In this document: in pieces, positions 33,336-42,993 of the stretch
Layout of the letters: every line of letters begins with the position of its first letter
Position numbering within the stretch: position 1 is the stretch's first letter
Assembly: GCA_026982565.1 (NCBI GenBank)
Contig: JALSGV010000024.1
Span: forward strand, 13,341-77,340
DNA length: 64,000 bases
DNA from: Gammaproteobacteria bacterium
GTDB lineage: Bacteria > Pseudomonadota > Gammaproteobacteria > SZUA-140
Direction: 5' to 3'
The notes under the pieces: generated by a model
The model's database searches: none
What the model was told of the DNA's origin: nothing
The model's input: only the letters and a program-made list of their open reading frames with translations
Made by a program: the position numbers and the translations under genes

Positions 33336-34376
33336 ATGGAAGATTTCGGCAGTTGGTCAGTCTTGACGACAAACTTTTTAGTTATCCTGTACATTGCGCT
33401 GGGTGGCGTGACCCTGTCTTCCGTCCTTCATCTGTGTAATGGACAGTGGCGTTTTCAGATTCGCAATCTGGCCTGCTCCTTCGCAGCCCTGTTTCCCATT
33501 GCAGGTGTACTGTTGCTCATCCTGTTGGCCAACGGTGATGCCACCTTTCAATGGTTGGAAGGCGCCCATGATGAGGGGGTACACCTCAATGGTTGGCACA
33601 ACTATACGTTTCTTGTGGTACGTGAAATACTGGGCTTCATAGCAGTTGCCGTATTGTACGGACTGTTCATCAAATACCAACATCAAAGCGAAATTGACAA
33701 GTCATACGCTGCCCAGCGCCGATTCCGGAATATCGCCTTGTTGATACCCTTTGCTTACTTTGCTTACGGCTCCATGGTGGCTTGGGATTTCGAAATGACC
33801 ATGGTGCCTAACTGGCACAGCGCCAGTTATGGAGCGTATCATTTCCAGAGCGGCTTCCATATGTTCTTGGCGGCCTTTACCGTTTTCCTCTATTTCATCT
33901 ACCGTTCTGGCAAACTGACGAAACCTTTCCAGCCGTATATCTTCAACTATATGGCTCAATTCATGCTGGCCATGACCATATTGTGGACCTATCTGTACTT
34001 TACCCAGTACCTGATCATGTGGTACGGCCGACTCCCTGAGGAAATGCACCGCTTCAACAGCATGATGCTGGAAGGTTTCGGACCGCTCTGGTGGACATTC
34101 CTGTTCCTCAAGTTCGTCTTTCCCTTTGTGACACTGATATTCACAGGCAATAGGCATAACCCGACGATCATCGCCATGGTTGCATTCTCCATTGTATTGG
34201 GATACTGGATAGAAAGGTATACCTGGATTGCAGGTTCGGTAGACAGTCAGTACTATCACTATCCCATGACGTCGATGTTCGATCTCATTGTCACCCTGGC
34301 GGTGTTCGGTGCGGCGTGGTGGGCCATGCAGAAGGCGCTGGTGCGTTACGGCTTGATCCGCAGCAGTGGTACATGA
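33336..34376 (+). CDS. actF: ACIII subunit ActF-like NrfD-type membrane protein
   Basis: It is a 346-aa polytopic membrane protein and the last gene of the act cluster. A strong terminator follows it. Confidence 0.7.
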   Translation: MEDFGSWSVLTTNFLVILYIALGGVTLSSVLHLCNGQWRFQIRNLACSFAALFPIAGVLLLILLANGDATFQWLEGAHDEGVHLNGWHNYTFLVVREILGFIAVAVLYGLFIKYQHQSEIDKSYAAQRRFRNIALLIPFAYFAYGSMVAWDFEMTMVPNWHSASYGAYHFQSGFHMFLAAFTVFLYFIYRSGKLTKPFQPYIFNYMAQFMLAMTILWTYLYFTQYLIMWYGRLPEEMHRFNSMMLEGFGPLWWTFLFLKFVFPFVTLIFTGNRHNPTIIAMVAFSIVLGYWIERYTWIAGSVDSQYYHYPMTSMFDLIVTLAVFGAAWWAMQKALVRYGLIRSSGT

Positions 34377-34403
34377 GGGTTCATTGCTTCGAAAGGCTGG
34401 AGA

Positions 34404-34436
34404 GAAAAAGGGGCCGCCAAGGCCCCTTTTCTTTTT
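34404..34436. terminator. Rho-independent terminator after actF (GGGGCC-gccaa-GGCCCC followed by TTTTCTTTTT)
   Basis: It is a GC-rich 6-bp stem with a 5-nt loop followed by a T-run. An A-run precedes it, so it may be bidirectional. Confidence 0.75.
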
Positions 34437-34516
34437 AGGTAGTATGCACGGCAGTTACATGCCAGTGCAATTGATGTGAAATGTTTGCCTTGATCGGGTA
34501 AAGTTAACGGGCGTTT

Positions 34517-34591
34517 AATAACAAAGCTTCTTCAAAGGAAAGCTGGCGCGTATTCTTGCAGCAGCTTTGTTATTGATCGAGTTGGTTTTTT
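34517..34591. promoter_or_regulatory. Structured leader/terminator-like inverted repeat upstream of rpe (AATAACAAAGC ... GCTTTGTTATT followed by a T-run)
   Basis: The 11-bp perfect arms at 34517-34527 and 34564-34574 enclose about 36 nt. A T7 run follows at 34585-34591. Confidence 0.35.
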
Positions 34592-34616
34592 TAGCAATTT
34601 ATCGAAGAGGGTTGTC

Positions 34617-35291
34617 ATGAAAGATTTTTTGATCGCACCATCCATTCTGTCTGCTGATTTTGCCCGTCTGGGCGAAGAAGTGGATCGAGTATTGACCTCT
34701 GGCGCCGATATCGTCCATTTCGACGTGATGGACAATCACTATGTTCCCAATCTGACCATTGGCCCCCTGGTCTGTGAGGCGCTGCGCAAGCATGGTGTTA
34801 CGGCCGATATCGATGTGCATCTCATGGTCAAGCCTGTGGACAGGATTATTCCCGATTTTGCCAAGGCTGGCGCCAGCTATATTACTTTTCATCCCGAGGC
34901 CAGTGAGCATATCGATCGTAGCCTGCAGCTGATCCGCGATCATGGCTGCAAAGCAGGCCTGGTATTCAATCCAGCCACGCCGCTGGATCATCTGAAGTAT
35001 GTTCTGGACAAGGTGGACATGGTCTTGCTGATGTCTGTAAACCCGGGATTCGGCGGCCAGAGCTTCATCCCCGCCACGTTGGACAAGCTGCGCGAAGCGC
35101 GCCAACTGATTGATGCCAGTGGGCTGGATATCCGTCTTGAGAGTGATGGTGGTGTCAAGGTGGACAATATCCGTGAAATCGCGGAGGCAGGCGCCGATAC
35201 ATTTGTTGCCGGTTCCGCCATTTTCAATACCGATGACTATAAGGCGACTATCGACGCCATGAGGCGGGAATTGGCCAAGGTGGCGCAATGA
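34617..35291 (+). CDS. rpe: Ribulose-phosphate 3-epimerase
   Basis: It is a 224-aa RPE-family protein ([13 protein letters not shown] ... [12 protein letters not shown]). Confidence 0.95.
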   Translation: MKDFLIAPSILSADFARLGEEVDRVLTSGADIVHFDVMDNHYVPNLTIGPLVCEALRKHGVTADIDVHLMVKPVDRIIPDFAKAGASYITFHPEASEHIDRSLQLIRDHGCKAGLVFNPATPLDHLKYVLDKVDMVLLMSVNPGFGGQSFIPATLDKLREARQLIDASGLDIRLESDGGVKVDNIREIAEAGADTFVAGSAIFNTDDYKATIDAMRRELAKVAQ

Positions 35292-35319
35292 AACAATCCG
35301 GCAATATGGTTGTTATACC

Positions 35320-36009
35320 ATGAGCGAAACTTTGCAGTCTCTGCCAGTTCGCCCGGAGATGATACTCGTCGATCTCGATGGCACCATGGTGGACAGTGTG
35401 CCCGACCTGGCGCTTTGTGTGGACATCATGATGCGAAAGTTGGGAATGCCAGAACATGGAGAGGCGCGTGTACGCGAATGGATCGGCAACGGGGTGGACC
35501 GTTTGGTAAAGCGCGCGCTGGTGGGCGCCTATGAAGGCGAGCCCGATGAGGCATTGTTCAGGAAGGCGCTTCCCATTTTCCTCGAGGCCTATGAAGAAAA
35601 TGTCTGCGTTGACAGCCGCCCCTATCCGGGTGTGGAGGCCGGGTTGGAATATTTGCACGATGCCGGATATTTTCTGGGTTGTGTCACCAACAAGGCTGCC
35701 CGTTTTACCGAGCCGTTACTCGAAAAACTGGGCTTGGCGAAATATTTCAAGATCATCGTGAGTGGTGACACCTTGCCGGTCAAAAAGCCGGATCCTGGGC
35801 CCTTGTTGCATGCGGCGTCTTTTTTTCAGGTGGCGCCTGAGGAGAGCCTTCTGATTGGCGACTCCATCAGCGATGTGAAGGCGGCGAGGGCGGCGGGTTT
35901 CCAGATCATCTGTGTAAGCTATGGCTACAATCATGGTATGGATATACGTGATGCAGGTCCTGATAGGGTCATCGACAGTATGGAGCAGCTCCGTACGGTA
36001 CTCGGATAG
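35320..36009 (+). CDS. gph: Phosphoglycolate phosphatase (HAD superfamily)
   Basis: It has the DxDGT HAD motif I (LVDLDGTMVDS). It sits in the rpe-gph-trpE arrangement. Confidence 0.85.
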   Translation: MSETLQSLPVRPEMILVDLDGTMVDSVPDLALCVDIMMRKLGMPEHGEARVREWIGNGVDRLVKRALVGAYEGEPDEALFRKALPIFLEAYEENVCVDSRPYPGVEAGLEYLHDAGYFLGCVTNKAARFTEPLLEKLGLAKYFKIIVSGDTLPVKKPDPGPLLHAASFFQVAPEESLLIGDSISDVKAARAAGFQIICVSYGYNHGMDIRDAGPDRVIDSMEQLRTVLG

Positions 36010-36012
36010 CCC

Positions 36013-37503
36013 ATGACTGTCACACCGGAACAGTTCGAGTCATTCAGGGGGGCGGGCTATACGCGAATCCCTGTTATGCGGGAGGTATTGGCCGATTTCG
36101 ATACGCCCTTGAGTACATTTCTGAAGCTTACTGGCGACCGGCCGTTCTCCTACCTCCTCGAATCGGTTCAGGGTGGTGAAAAATGGGGACGTTACTCAAT
36201 TATCGGCCTGCCCTGTACGCGCCTGGTGCGCGTGACGGGCAATGAAATTGTTGTCGAGCAGGATGGCGCAGTCATCGAGCAGTACAGCAGTCACGACCCC
36301 TTGGGCTGGATCGATGACTATATTCATGGTTTCAAGATCCCCGAAATAGCGGGGATGCCGCGTTTTTGCGGTGGCCTGGTCGGCTATTTCGCCTATGATA
36401 TCATTCGCTATATAGAGCCCAGACTGGCGGCGGGATCAGCACCGGACCCCCTGGGAACGCCTGATATCATGTTGCTGGTTTCCGAGGCCGTGGTGGTTTT
36501 CGACAACCTTTCTGGAAAACTCCATTTGATCGTGCATGCCGATACATCCTCGGCAGATGCATGGGATGCAGCGCAGCAACGTCTTGACGAGCTTGTTTCA
36601 AGATTGCGCGAGCCTCTCAACCATCCCCCTCGTACCGCTTGTTCAGAGGAGGCCGTCGATGAAAAGGCCTTCATTTCAGGTTTCACGCGCGAGGGCTTCG
36701 AGCATGCCGTGCTGCAAATCAAGGACTACATCGTCGCAGGGGATGTAATGCAGACGGTGCTGTCGCAGCGCATGTCGATTCCTTACACAGCATCCTCACT
36801 GGATCTCTATCGTGCCCTGCGTACGCTGAACCCTTCGCCTTATATGTACTATATGAACATGGGTGACTTTCATATCGTGGGCTCCTCACCCGAGATTCTG
36901 ACGCGTCTGGAAGATGGTCTGGTGACCGTGAGGCCCATCGCCGGCACACGCCCACGTGGTGCTGACGAGGAGGAAGACCACAAGCTGGAGGAAGACCTGC
37001 TGTCTGATCCCAAGGAACTGGCCGAGCATCTCATGCTGATCGACCTGGGGCGCAATGATACCGGGCGTGTGGCGCGAACGGGCAGTGTAAAATTGACCGA
37101 GAAGATGGTGGTGGAGCGCTATTCCCATGTCATGCATATCGTTTCCAATGTAACAGGGGAACTCAAGCCGGAGATGACGGCCATGGATGTACTGCGCGCC
37201 ACCTTTCCCGCAGGAACCGTGTCTGGCGCGCCCAAGATACGTGCAATGGAAATCATCGATGAGCTTGAACCCGTCAAGCGTGGCATCTACGCCGGCGCTG
37301 TCGGCTACATCGGCTGGCAGGGAAATATGGATACGGCCATCGCAATCCGCACCGCGGTTATCAAGGACGGGATGCTTCATATCCAGGCGGGGGCGGGTAT
37401 CGTGGCCGATTCAGTACCGGCAAATGAGTGGGAGGAGACCCTGAACAAAGGGCGTGCCATGTTCAGAGCGGTATCCATGGCGGGGGGTGGCGGGCTGGTT
37501 TGA
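36013..37503 (+). CDS. trpE: Anthranilate synthase component I
   Basis: It is 496 aa with a chorismate-binding domain (the C-terminal motif GAGIVADS). Confidence 0.93.
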   Translation: MTVTPEQFESFRGAGYTRIPVMREVLADFDTPLSTFLKLTGDRPFSYLLESVQGGEKWGRYSIIGLPCTRLVRVTGNEIVVEQDGAVIEQYSSHDPLGWIDDYIHGFKIPEIAGMPRFCGGLVGYFAYDIIRYIEPRLAAGSAPDPLGTPDIMLLVSEAVVVFDNLSGKLHLIVHADTSSADAWDAAQQRLDELVSRLREPLNHPPRTACSEEAVDEKAFISGFTREGFEHAVLQIKDYIVAGDVMQTVLSQRMSIPYTASSLDLYRALRTLNPSPYMYYMNMGDFHIVGSSPEILTRLEDGLVTVRPIAGTRPRGADEEEDHKLEEDLLSDPKELAEHLMLIDLGRNDTGRVARTGSVKLTEKMVVERYSHVMHIVSNVTGELKPEMTAMDVLRATFPAGTVSGAPKIRAMEIIDELEPVKRGIYAGAVGYIGWQGNMDTAIAIRTAVIKDGMLHIQAGAGIVADSVPANEWEETLNKGRAMFRAVSMAGGGGLV

Positions 37504-37506
37504 TTT

Positions 37507-38511
37507 TTACGGGCGCCTCAGTGTTACCTCATGCAGCCTGAGTGACACTTCTCCCATGAAGCCCAGGCTGCCACGCAATTCCAGTGGAATTCCCAGTTCC
37601 CTGTCCACGAATAGTTTAACAGGAGGTTCCAGTCCGGCTATTTGTAGTGTACTTTTTTCCCTGGGATGCCCTAATGGATGGGCGTGTATGATGAGCTGCG
37701 ATGCATCACGATAGCTCATAATGTGTTGTGGCGGGGCGCCGCCACCTTTCTGTGCCGTAAAATCCGCCCGGATGCTTTCCAGGCCTGCGTATTCGATGGT
37801 GATGACATGGAAATCGTCATCAAAATAGGCAATAAATCTTTTTTTGTCATTGGGTTTGTCGAATGCCGCCGTGGAGCCAATATAGAGCAGTGCGGAAGTA
37901 TCGGAAATGATCTGGTATTGATCCAGTCGCCCGGGGTAGGGTTCGAAATATGTCTTGATGTCAGACCAGTGACCGTATGGGTGATTGTTTTCACGTGGTC
38001 TGGGTTTGCGGCGCAAAATGAAAATGCCCTCATCCGTGAAGCGGTAAGCCTTGTAGCGCTCATCCCCCTTGGTAAGTTCGAGGCGTGTGCGTTGCAGTAC
38101 TGATGCATCGTCCGGGTTGAGAAACAATCGGGTATGAATATCCTTGTCACTGATAAATGATGAAGTAATATCCAGCATGAGCACAAAATGGCCCGGTGGG
38201 ACGCCTTGACCCTGTTCCGGGTCAATCAGCCGTGATTTTATTTCATTGTTATCCAGGATGCTTAATCCTATTTTTGCATGGAGTGGCAAGCCCATGATGG
38301 ACATCTTGAAATGAAGTTGGCTCCAGGCCAGCCTGTCCAGGCGGTGAGCAGTGGCATGACCTGCTTTGCTGGCGAGAGTGGGGGCGGAAATGGCCGAGAA
38401 AGAGAGACCTGTCATGATAAGGGATAGCAGCGGGAGCATAACCTGCCATTCCATCAGCCTGCGCTTCTTGGGCTTGGTTGGCTTATCCTGGAAATAGTGT
38501 CGTCGAGTCAC
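37507..38511 (-). CDS. Hypothetical exported protein (signal peptide; unknown function)
   Basis: It is a 334-aa ORF with an N-terminal hydrophobic signal (MLPLLSLIMTGLSFSAISA). It is convergent with trpE. No family was recognised with confidence. Confidence 0.5.
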   Translation of the reverse strand: MTRRHYFQDKPTKPKKRRLMEWQVMLPLLSLIMTGLSFSAISAPTLASKAGHATAHRLDRLAWSQLHFKMSIMGLPLHAKIGLSILDNNEIKSRLIDPEQGQGVPPGHFVLMLDITSSFISDKDIHTRLFLNPDDASVLQRTRLELTKGDERYKAYRFTDEGIFILRRKPRPRENNHPYGHWSDIKTYFEPYPGRLDQYQIISDTSALLYIGSTAAFDKPNDKKRFIAYFDDDFHVITIEYAGLESIRADFTAQKGGGAPPQHIMSYRDASQLIIHAHPLGHPREKSTLQIAGLEPPVKLFVDRELGIPLELRGSLGFMGEVSLRLHEVTLRRP

Positions 38512-38558
38512 GTTGTCGTATCTGCAGCGTTTGCTCAGGGCATGTCAGCATGCCCTAG

Positions 38559-39371
38559 CTAGTTCTTGTCGGCCTGGCGGTTGCCCCCTGCTATCTTGTC
38601 GGCCAATTTCCAGTCTGCAACAGTATCAATGTCGATGGCGGCTTGCGCTTGGGGAAGAATCACCACGCCGATACGCAGGTTCAGGCGTTTGGAAATGCGC
38701 TGCAGACCCTCTTCCAGCGTCAGCTGTCCCAGCGCATAACGCAGTACAGCCATCCACCCGGCAGCGCTGACAACGCGGAATGGATTTTTCCGCTGTTGCT
38801 CGATTTGGCGCCAGAAATTGGTGATACGGCGACCTGCAGGGGTAGTGAAGGCAAAAAGGTTGCAGCCACTGTAACGGCCGTCGCGGAATTTCAGGGCGGT
38901 TCTGCGGGTATCTGGATAGGCCCGGATGATGTCATCATAGCAGGCGAGGCCGGCTACGACGTCATAATCACCGCGCACCGCCTGGGCACAGAAGTTGTCG
39001 AGGATATCCGGGCTCAAGAGGGCATGGTCAGCGGTGGTGAGCAGAACAGGCTGGGTATCCGCAACGGACTGCATGGCATGCGTGGCGCTGAGGCTGGGCG
39101 AAGCCTGGTTTTCCAGCCAATCCACTTTGCCTGTCCTGATGATCTCTTTTAGCTGCGGTGCGCCTTGAACAGCGCTTGCGGGTGGCCCGCAGAGTATGCG
39201 TTCGCCAATATGGCAACTGTTGCCCAGCGCATCCAGTACCCGCAGGACCATCGGTGTGCCCGCAACAGGAATCAGAGCCTTACATTGCGTGCCCGCCTCC
39301 CGCACCAGGGGATCATCAGGTGTACGGTCGCCGGCCAGAATGATGGCGGTGAAGCGGGGCTTGACGGGCAT
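38559..39371 (-). CDS. MobA-like/NTP_transf_3-family nucleotidyltransferase
   Basis: Its N-terminus (AIILAGDRTPDDP ... ALIPVAG) resembles nucleotide-diphospho-sugar or cytidylyl/guanylyl-transferases. It is 270 aa. Confidence 0.55.
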   Translation of the reverse strand: MPVKPRFTAIILAGDRTPDDPLVREAGTQCKALIPVAGTPMVLRVLDALGNSCHIGERILCGPPASAVQGAPQLKEIIRTGKVDWLENQASPSLSATHAMQSVADTQPVLLTTADHALLSPDILDNFCAQAVRGDYDVVAGLACYDDIIRAYPDTRRTALKFRDGRYSGCNLFAFTTPAGRRITNFWRQIEQQRKNPFRVVSAAGWMAVLRYALGQLTLEEGLQRISKRLNLRIGVVILPQAQAAIDIDTVADWKLADKIAGGNRQADKN

Positions 39372-39413
39372 GACTCTGAATCGGCAGTGTATGGAATGGC
39401 CAGAGTGGGAGTA

Positions 39414-40556
39414 CTACTGGCGCAATGGTTTCTGATAGATATTGTAGCGCTTATAAACGGCGCCGCCCGTTGTTTCGATGATGTTGCGCATGCCGGCATT
39501 GTTTTCCAGTATCCAGGACATTTCCACTTCCTCGATGCCACGCTTCCTGACAGCGTCCTGTACGGCGGCTATAACCAGGTACGCCAACCCCGGACCCAGG
39601 GTGGTGTGGTGATAACGCTTGCGTACGCCCATGAGAGGAATGCGCCCACTGCTTGGGTATTTCGCCTTGAGGCGCCACAGCAACTTTAGCCAGCCCAAGG
39701 GGAACAGCCTGCCATTGAGATCCTTGATGGCTTCGTTGACATTGGGCAGGGCCACGATCATGGCCACGGGTTCGCCGTCGATTTCCGCTATCTGCACGAA
39801 GTCATCGCCCACCAGCATTAACAGGTTGCGGCCGATTTCCTTGAATTCCGCCGCGGTGAAGGGGACATAGCCCCAATTATTGGACCAGGCATCGTTGAAG
39901 ATATCCTGCATGATTTCCAATTCTTCATCGATCTGCTTGCGGCGCAGTGGGCGCACCGTCGCCGTCCGGCTGGCCTTGTGGACCAGTTTGCGCATCAATG
40001 CGGGTGGTTCGAAATCCGAACTAATGCGGTAGGCGAGCAGCTGCTTTGCCAGAGAAAAAGACAGGTTTTCGATATGGGCCGCATAGTAGGGACGTGCATG
40101 CCCCATCATTAGAGAAGGCGGGGTTTCAAAGCCCTCTACCAGCAATCCACATTCCTCATTGATTGAAAGGTTGAAGGGGCCGCGTATGAGCGCCATGCCC
40201 TGTTCGCGTAGCCATTGCCCCGCTGTTTCCAACAGCAAGGCAAAAACGCCTGGATCATCTATGGCCTCCAGCATGCCGAAATAACCACATTTGTCATCGT
40301 AGCGATCCTGGTACAGTTCGTCGACCTGGGCAGTGATGCGGCCTACAGGCCGCTCACCTTCCATGGCCAGCCACGCCTGCCAGCGGGCGTGTTCGAAAAA
40401 CGGGTTTTTTTCTGACAGGTGTTGTCTGCGTTCGAGTATCAGGGGGGGGATCCAGGCGGGATCCTCCTGGTAGATCGACCACGGCAGGCGGATGAAAGTT
40501 TCCAGAGCCTTTTTACCCTCGACAGGGACGATGTGATATGCGGATTGAACAGTCAT
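39414..40556 (-). CDS. GNAT-fold acyltransferase, candidate bacterial ceramide synthase (bCerS-like)
   Basis: It is a 380-aa protein with a C-terminal GNAT-like region. It is transcribed divergently from the spt/acp/cerR/acyl-ACP-synthetase cluster. Its size and context match bacterial ceramide synthases. Confidence 0.5.
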   Translation of the reverse strand: MTVQSAYHIVPVEGKKALETFIRLPWSIYQEDPAWIPPLILERRQHLSEKNPFFEHARWQAWLAMEGERPVGRITAQVDELYQDRYDDKCGYFGMLEAIDDPGVFALLLETAGQWLREQGMALIRGPFNLSINEECGLLVEGFETPPSLMMGHARPYYAAHIENLSFSLAKQLLAYRISSDFEPPALMRKLVHKASRTATVRPLRRKQIDEELEIMQDIFNDAWSNNWGYVPFTAAEFKEIGRNLLMLVGDDFVQIAEIDGEPVAMIVALPNVNEAIKDLNGRLFPLGWLKLLWRLKAKYPSSGRIPLMGVRKRYHHTTLGPGLAYLVIAAVQDAVRKRGIEEVEMSWILENNAGMRNIIETTGGAVYKRYNIYQKPLRQ

Positions 40557-40947
40557 GGGAATTCTACCCTAGGTCATTCAGAAAAAATGTGGGAAACGAA
40601 GGGCTAAAAGTGGATTGTGAGGCAATGCGGTTTTTTTCATGATGGCGGTAGTGTAACGGCAAATGCCGACCAATGGCAGCTTCAATTGCTCTGTTCTGGT
40701 TCAGCATATTCAAGTTGGAGCGCCTCCAGGCCGATAAGTCTTTTCTTATATTAGGGCGGGTTAATTTCCGTTTGCGTGGAACATTCACTATAAAGTCAGC
40801 GTTATAGATAAAGTGTTTGTTGTTCCGGCTGAATGCGGAGCCCATGCGATGCCTGAAACTCCCTGGAACAAACCTGGGATCTTATAAATCATAGGGTCCG
40901 TCATGGAGTGAGCAAATATCACCCAAGTCCCGGCCAAATTATTAAAT

Positions 40948-40972
40948 TTGCGTTTTTAATGGAAAAACGCAA
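40948..40972. promoter_or_regulatory. Candidate operator palindrome TTGCGTTTTT-aatgg-AAAAACGCAA in the divergent promoter region of the sphingolipid cluster
   Basis: It is a perfect 10-bp inverted repeat with a 5-nt spacer. It lies in an AT-rich 640-bp region between the GNAT gene (- strand) and the acyl-ACP synthetase gene (+ strand). A second palindrome, TGTTGTaaaaaaaACAACA, occurs at 41046-41063. Confidence 0.4.
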
Positions 40973-41198
40973 GAATGTGCCTCCAAATACGAGGGGTGAA
41001 CGGAACGGAGTGTGTCAATCCTCCGGCAAACGAGCGCGCATTATATGTTGTAAAAAAACAACATTCGGGGTGCTAAATTCGCACACCAAAATAATTTTAT
41101 TAACCGCTTGATATGGCTAAGTATTACATGTATATTTGCCAAAATTTGATGTTTGCTGGGGACAGAAACCAACAGGAAAAGTATTAAAGGAGGTTAAT

Positions 41199-42959
41199 TT
41201 GGATCCGGAGACTACACCTACCCATAATACTTTGCCCTTTCGAGCGGCCGACTTTTCCAATCTGGCAGAAGCCCTGGATTATGCGGCGCAAGGTGAGACC
41301 GGATGTAATTTCTATACCGGGAGGGGCGAGGTCTATGCTGTACTCTCCTATGCCAAGTTGCGCCGGGAAGCTCAAGCCCTGGCGCGCCGCTTCCTGGGCC
41401 TGGGGCTGGAGCGCGGCGCCCGGGTTGCCTTGATTGCCGACACCCACCCTGATTTCCTGCGGTTTTTCTTTGCGTGCCAGTATGCGGGCCTGGTTCCTGT
41501 GCCTCTCCCCATACCCATCAGTCTGGGTGGTCATGGGGCCTATGTCGCCCATCTGCATTCCATGCTGCGCAGTTGCAATGCCGCTGTCGGTATTTCCACC
41601 GCGGGTTTTCTGCCCTATCTGGAGGAGGCGGCCGAGGGTTTGGCTATGAGCTTTGTTGGTGATCCCGTCGATTTTGAGAATTTCCCCGAGGCTCAGGAAT
41701 CCTTCGCCCCCCTGCAGGCCGCGGAACTGGCTTACATACAATATACCTCTGGCAGTACGCGATTCCCTCGTGGCGTCATGATCACTCAGGAAACGGTGCT
41801 GAGCAATTTGGCGGGCATTATCAGGCATGGCCTCAAAATGGGGCCGGGTGACCGCTTTGTTTCCTGGTTGCCGTTCTATCACGATATGGGATTCGTTGGC
41901 TTGGTGCTGGTGCCGGTGACCTCGCAGGTGTCTGTCGATTACCTTGGTACACGCGAATTTGCCATGCGTCCGCGCCAGTGGTTATCCCTCATGAGCAAGA
42001 CCAAGGCGACGATTTCATTCGGGCCGCCCTTTGGTTACGAGTTGGTGGAGCGCTGCATACGCGCCGGAGAGGCAAGCAAGCTGGACCTGAGCACCTGGCG
42101 TATTGCCGGGGTGGGAGCGGAAATGATCCGTTCGGAGCCGCTGTTGCGCTTTGCCAAGGCGCTGGAGCCCAGTGGTTTCGACCCCAAGGCCTTTCTTGCC
42201 TGCTATGGCATGGCGGAATGTTCCCTGGCCGTCAGTTTTGCCCCTCTCGACAAAGGGCTGGAAGTGGATCGCATCGATGCCGATCATCTGGCCAAGTGCC
42301 ATGAGGCGCGGCAGGTGCCTGGCGGCAACAATGAGGATCTTTCGCCACGCACCCGATCTTTCGTGGTTTGTGGCAGACCGATTCCGGGGTTCGAGGTGGA
42401 AATCCGGGACGAGCAGGGTAATGCACTTCCCGAGCGCCATAGCGGCACCATCTTCCTGCGCGGTCCCAGCGTGATGTCCGGCTATTTCAATGAAACAGAG
42501 ATTACCAGCCGCACCCTGTGCGGTGATGGTTGGTTGAATACAGGCGATATCGGCTACCTTCTCGATGGCCAGTTGGTGATCACCGGCCGGGAGAAAGACC
42601 TCATCATCATCAATGGGCGCAATATCTGGCCCCAGGACCTGGAATACCTGGCCGAACAGCAACCCGAAGTCCGCACCGGTGATGCCCTGGCATTTTCCGC
42701 GCCTGGTCCGTCAGGAGAAGAAACAACGGTCATGGTGGTACAGTGCCGCAAGAAGGATCCCGCCGTGCAGGCCTGCCTCGTCAACCGCCTGAAGCAGCGC
42801 GTGCGTTCCGAACTGGGTATCGACTGCTATGTCGAACTGGTGCCCTTGCATACGCTGCCACGCACCTCGTCCGGAAAGCTGTCGCGCTCCAAGGCCCGCC
42901 AGAACTTCATTGAGGCCCACGTCTGGGACGCCCAGCCCGCAGTCGCTGGCGACCAGTAA
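41199..42959 (+). CDS. Fatty acyl-AMP ligase / acyl-ACP synthetase (AMP-binding family)
   Basis: It has adenylation motifs (YTSGSTRFPRGVMITQ; GDRFVSWLPFYHDMG). A probable TTG start at 41199 lies 5 nt after an [11 protein letters not shown]. It is about 586 aa and sits upstream of cerR-acp-spt. Confidence 0.82.
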   Translation: MDPETTPTHNTLPFRAADFSNLAEALDYAAQGETGCNFYTGRGEVYAVLSYAKLRREAQALARRFLGLGLERGARVALIADTHPDFLRFFFACQYAGLVPVPLPIPISLGGHGAYVAHLHSMLRSCNAAVGISTAGFLPYLEEAAEGLAMSFVGDPVDFENFPEAQESFAPLQAAELAYIQYTSGSTRFPRGVMITQETVLSNLAGIIRHGLKMGPGDRFVSWLPFYHDMGFVGLVLVPVTSQVSVDYLGTREFAMRPRQWLSLMSKTKATISFGPPFGYELVERCIRAGEASKLDLSTWRIAGVGAEMIRSEPLLRFAKALEPSGFDPKAFLACYGMAECSLAVSFAPLDKGLEVDRIDADHLAKCHEARQVPGGNNEDLSPRTRSFVVCGRPIPGFEVEIRDEQGNALPERHSGTIFLRGPSVMSGYFNETEITSRTLCGDGWLNTGDIGYLLDGQLVITGREKDLIIINGRNIWPQDLEYLAEQQPEVRTGDALAFSAPGPSGEETTVMVVQCRKKDPAVQACLVNRLKQRVRSELGIDCYVELVPLHTLPRTSSGKLSRSKARQNFIEAHVWDAQPAVAGDQ

Positions 42960-42993
42960 ACCGGCCTTCTCCCTTATTTCCGGTTTTCAGCCC

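Noticed and set aside
40908-41111. 67-aa plus-strand ORF in the AT-rich region upstream of the acyl-ACP synthetase gene
   Set aside because: It has no RBS and a Lys/Cys-rich, low-complexity translation from AT-rich DNA. It overlaps candidate operator palindromes and is probably non-coding.
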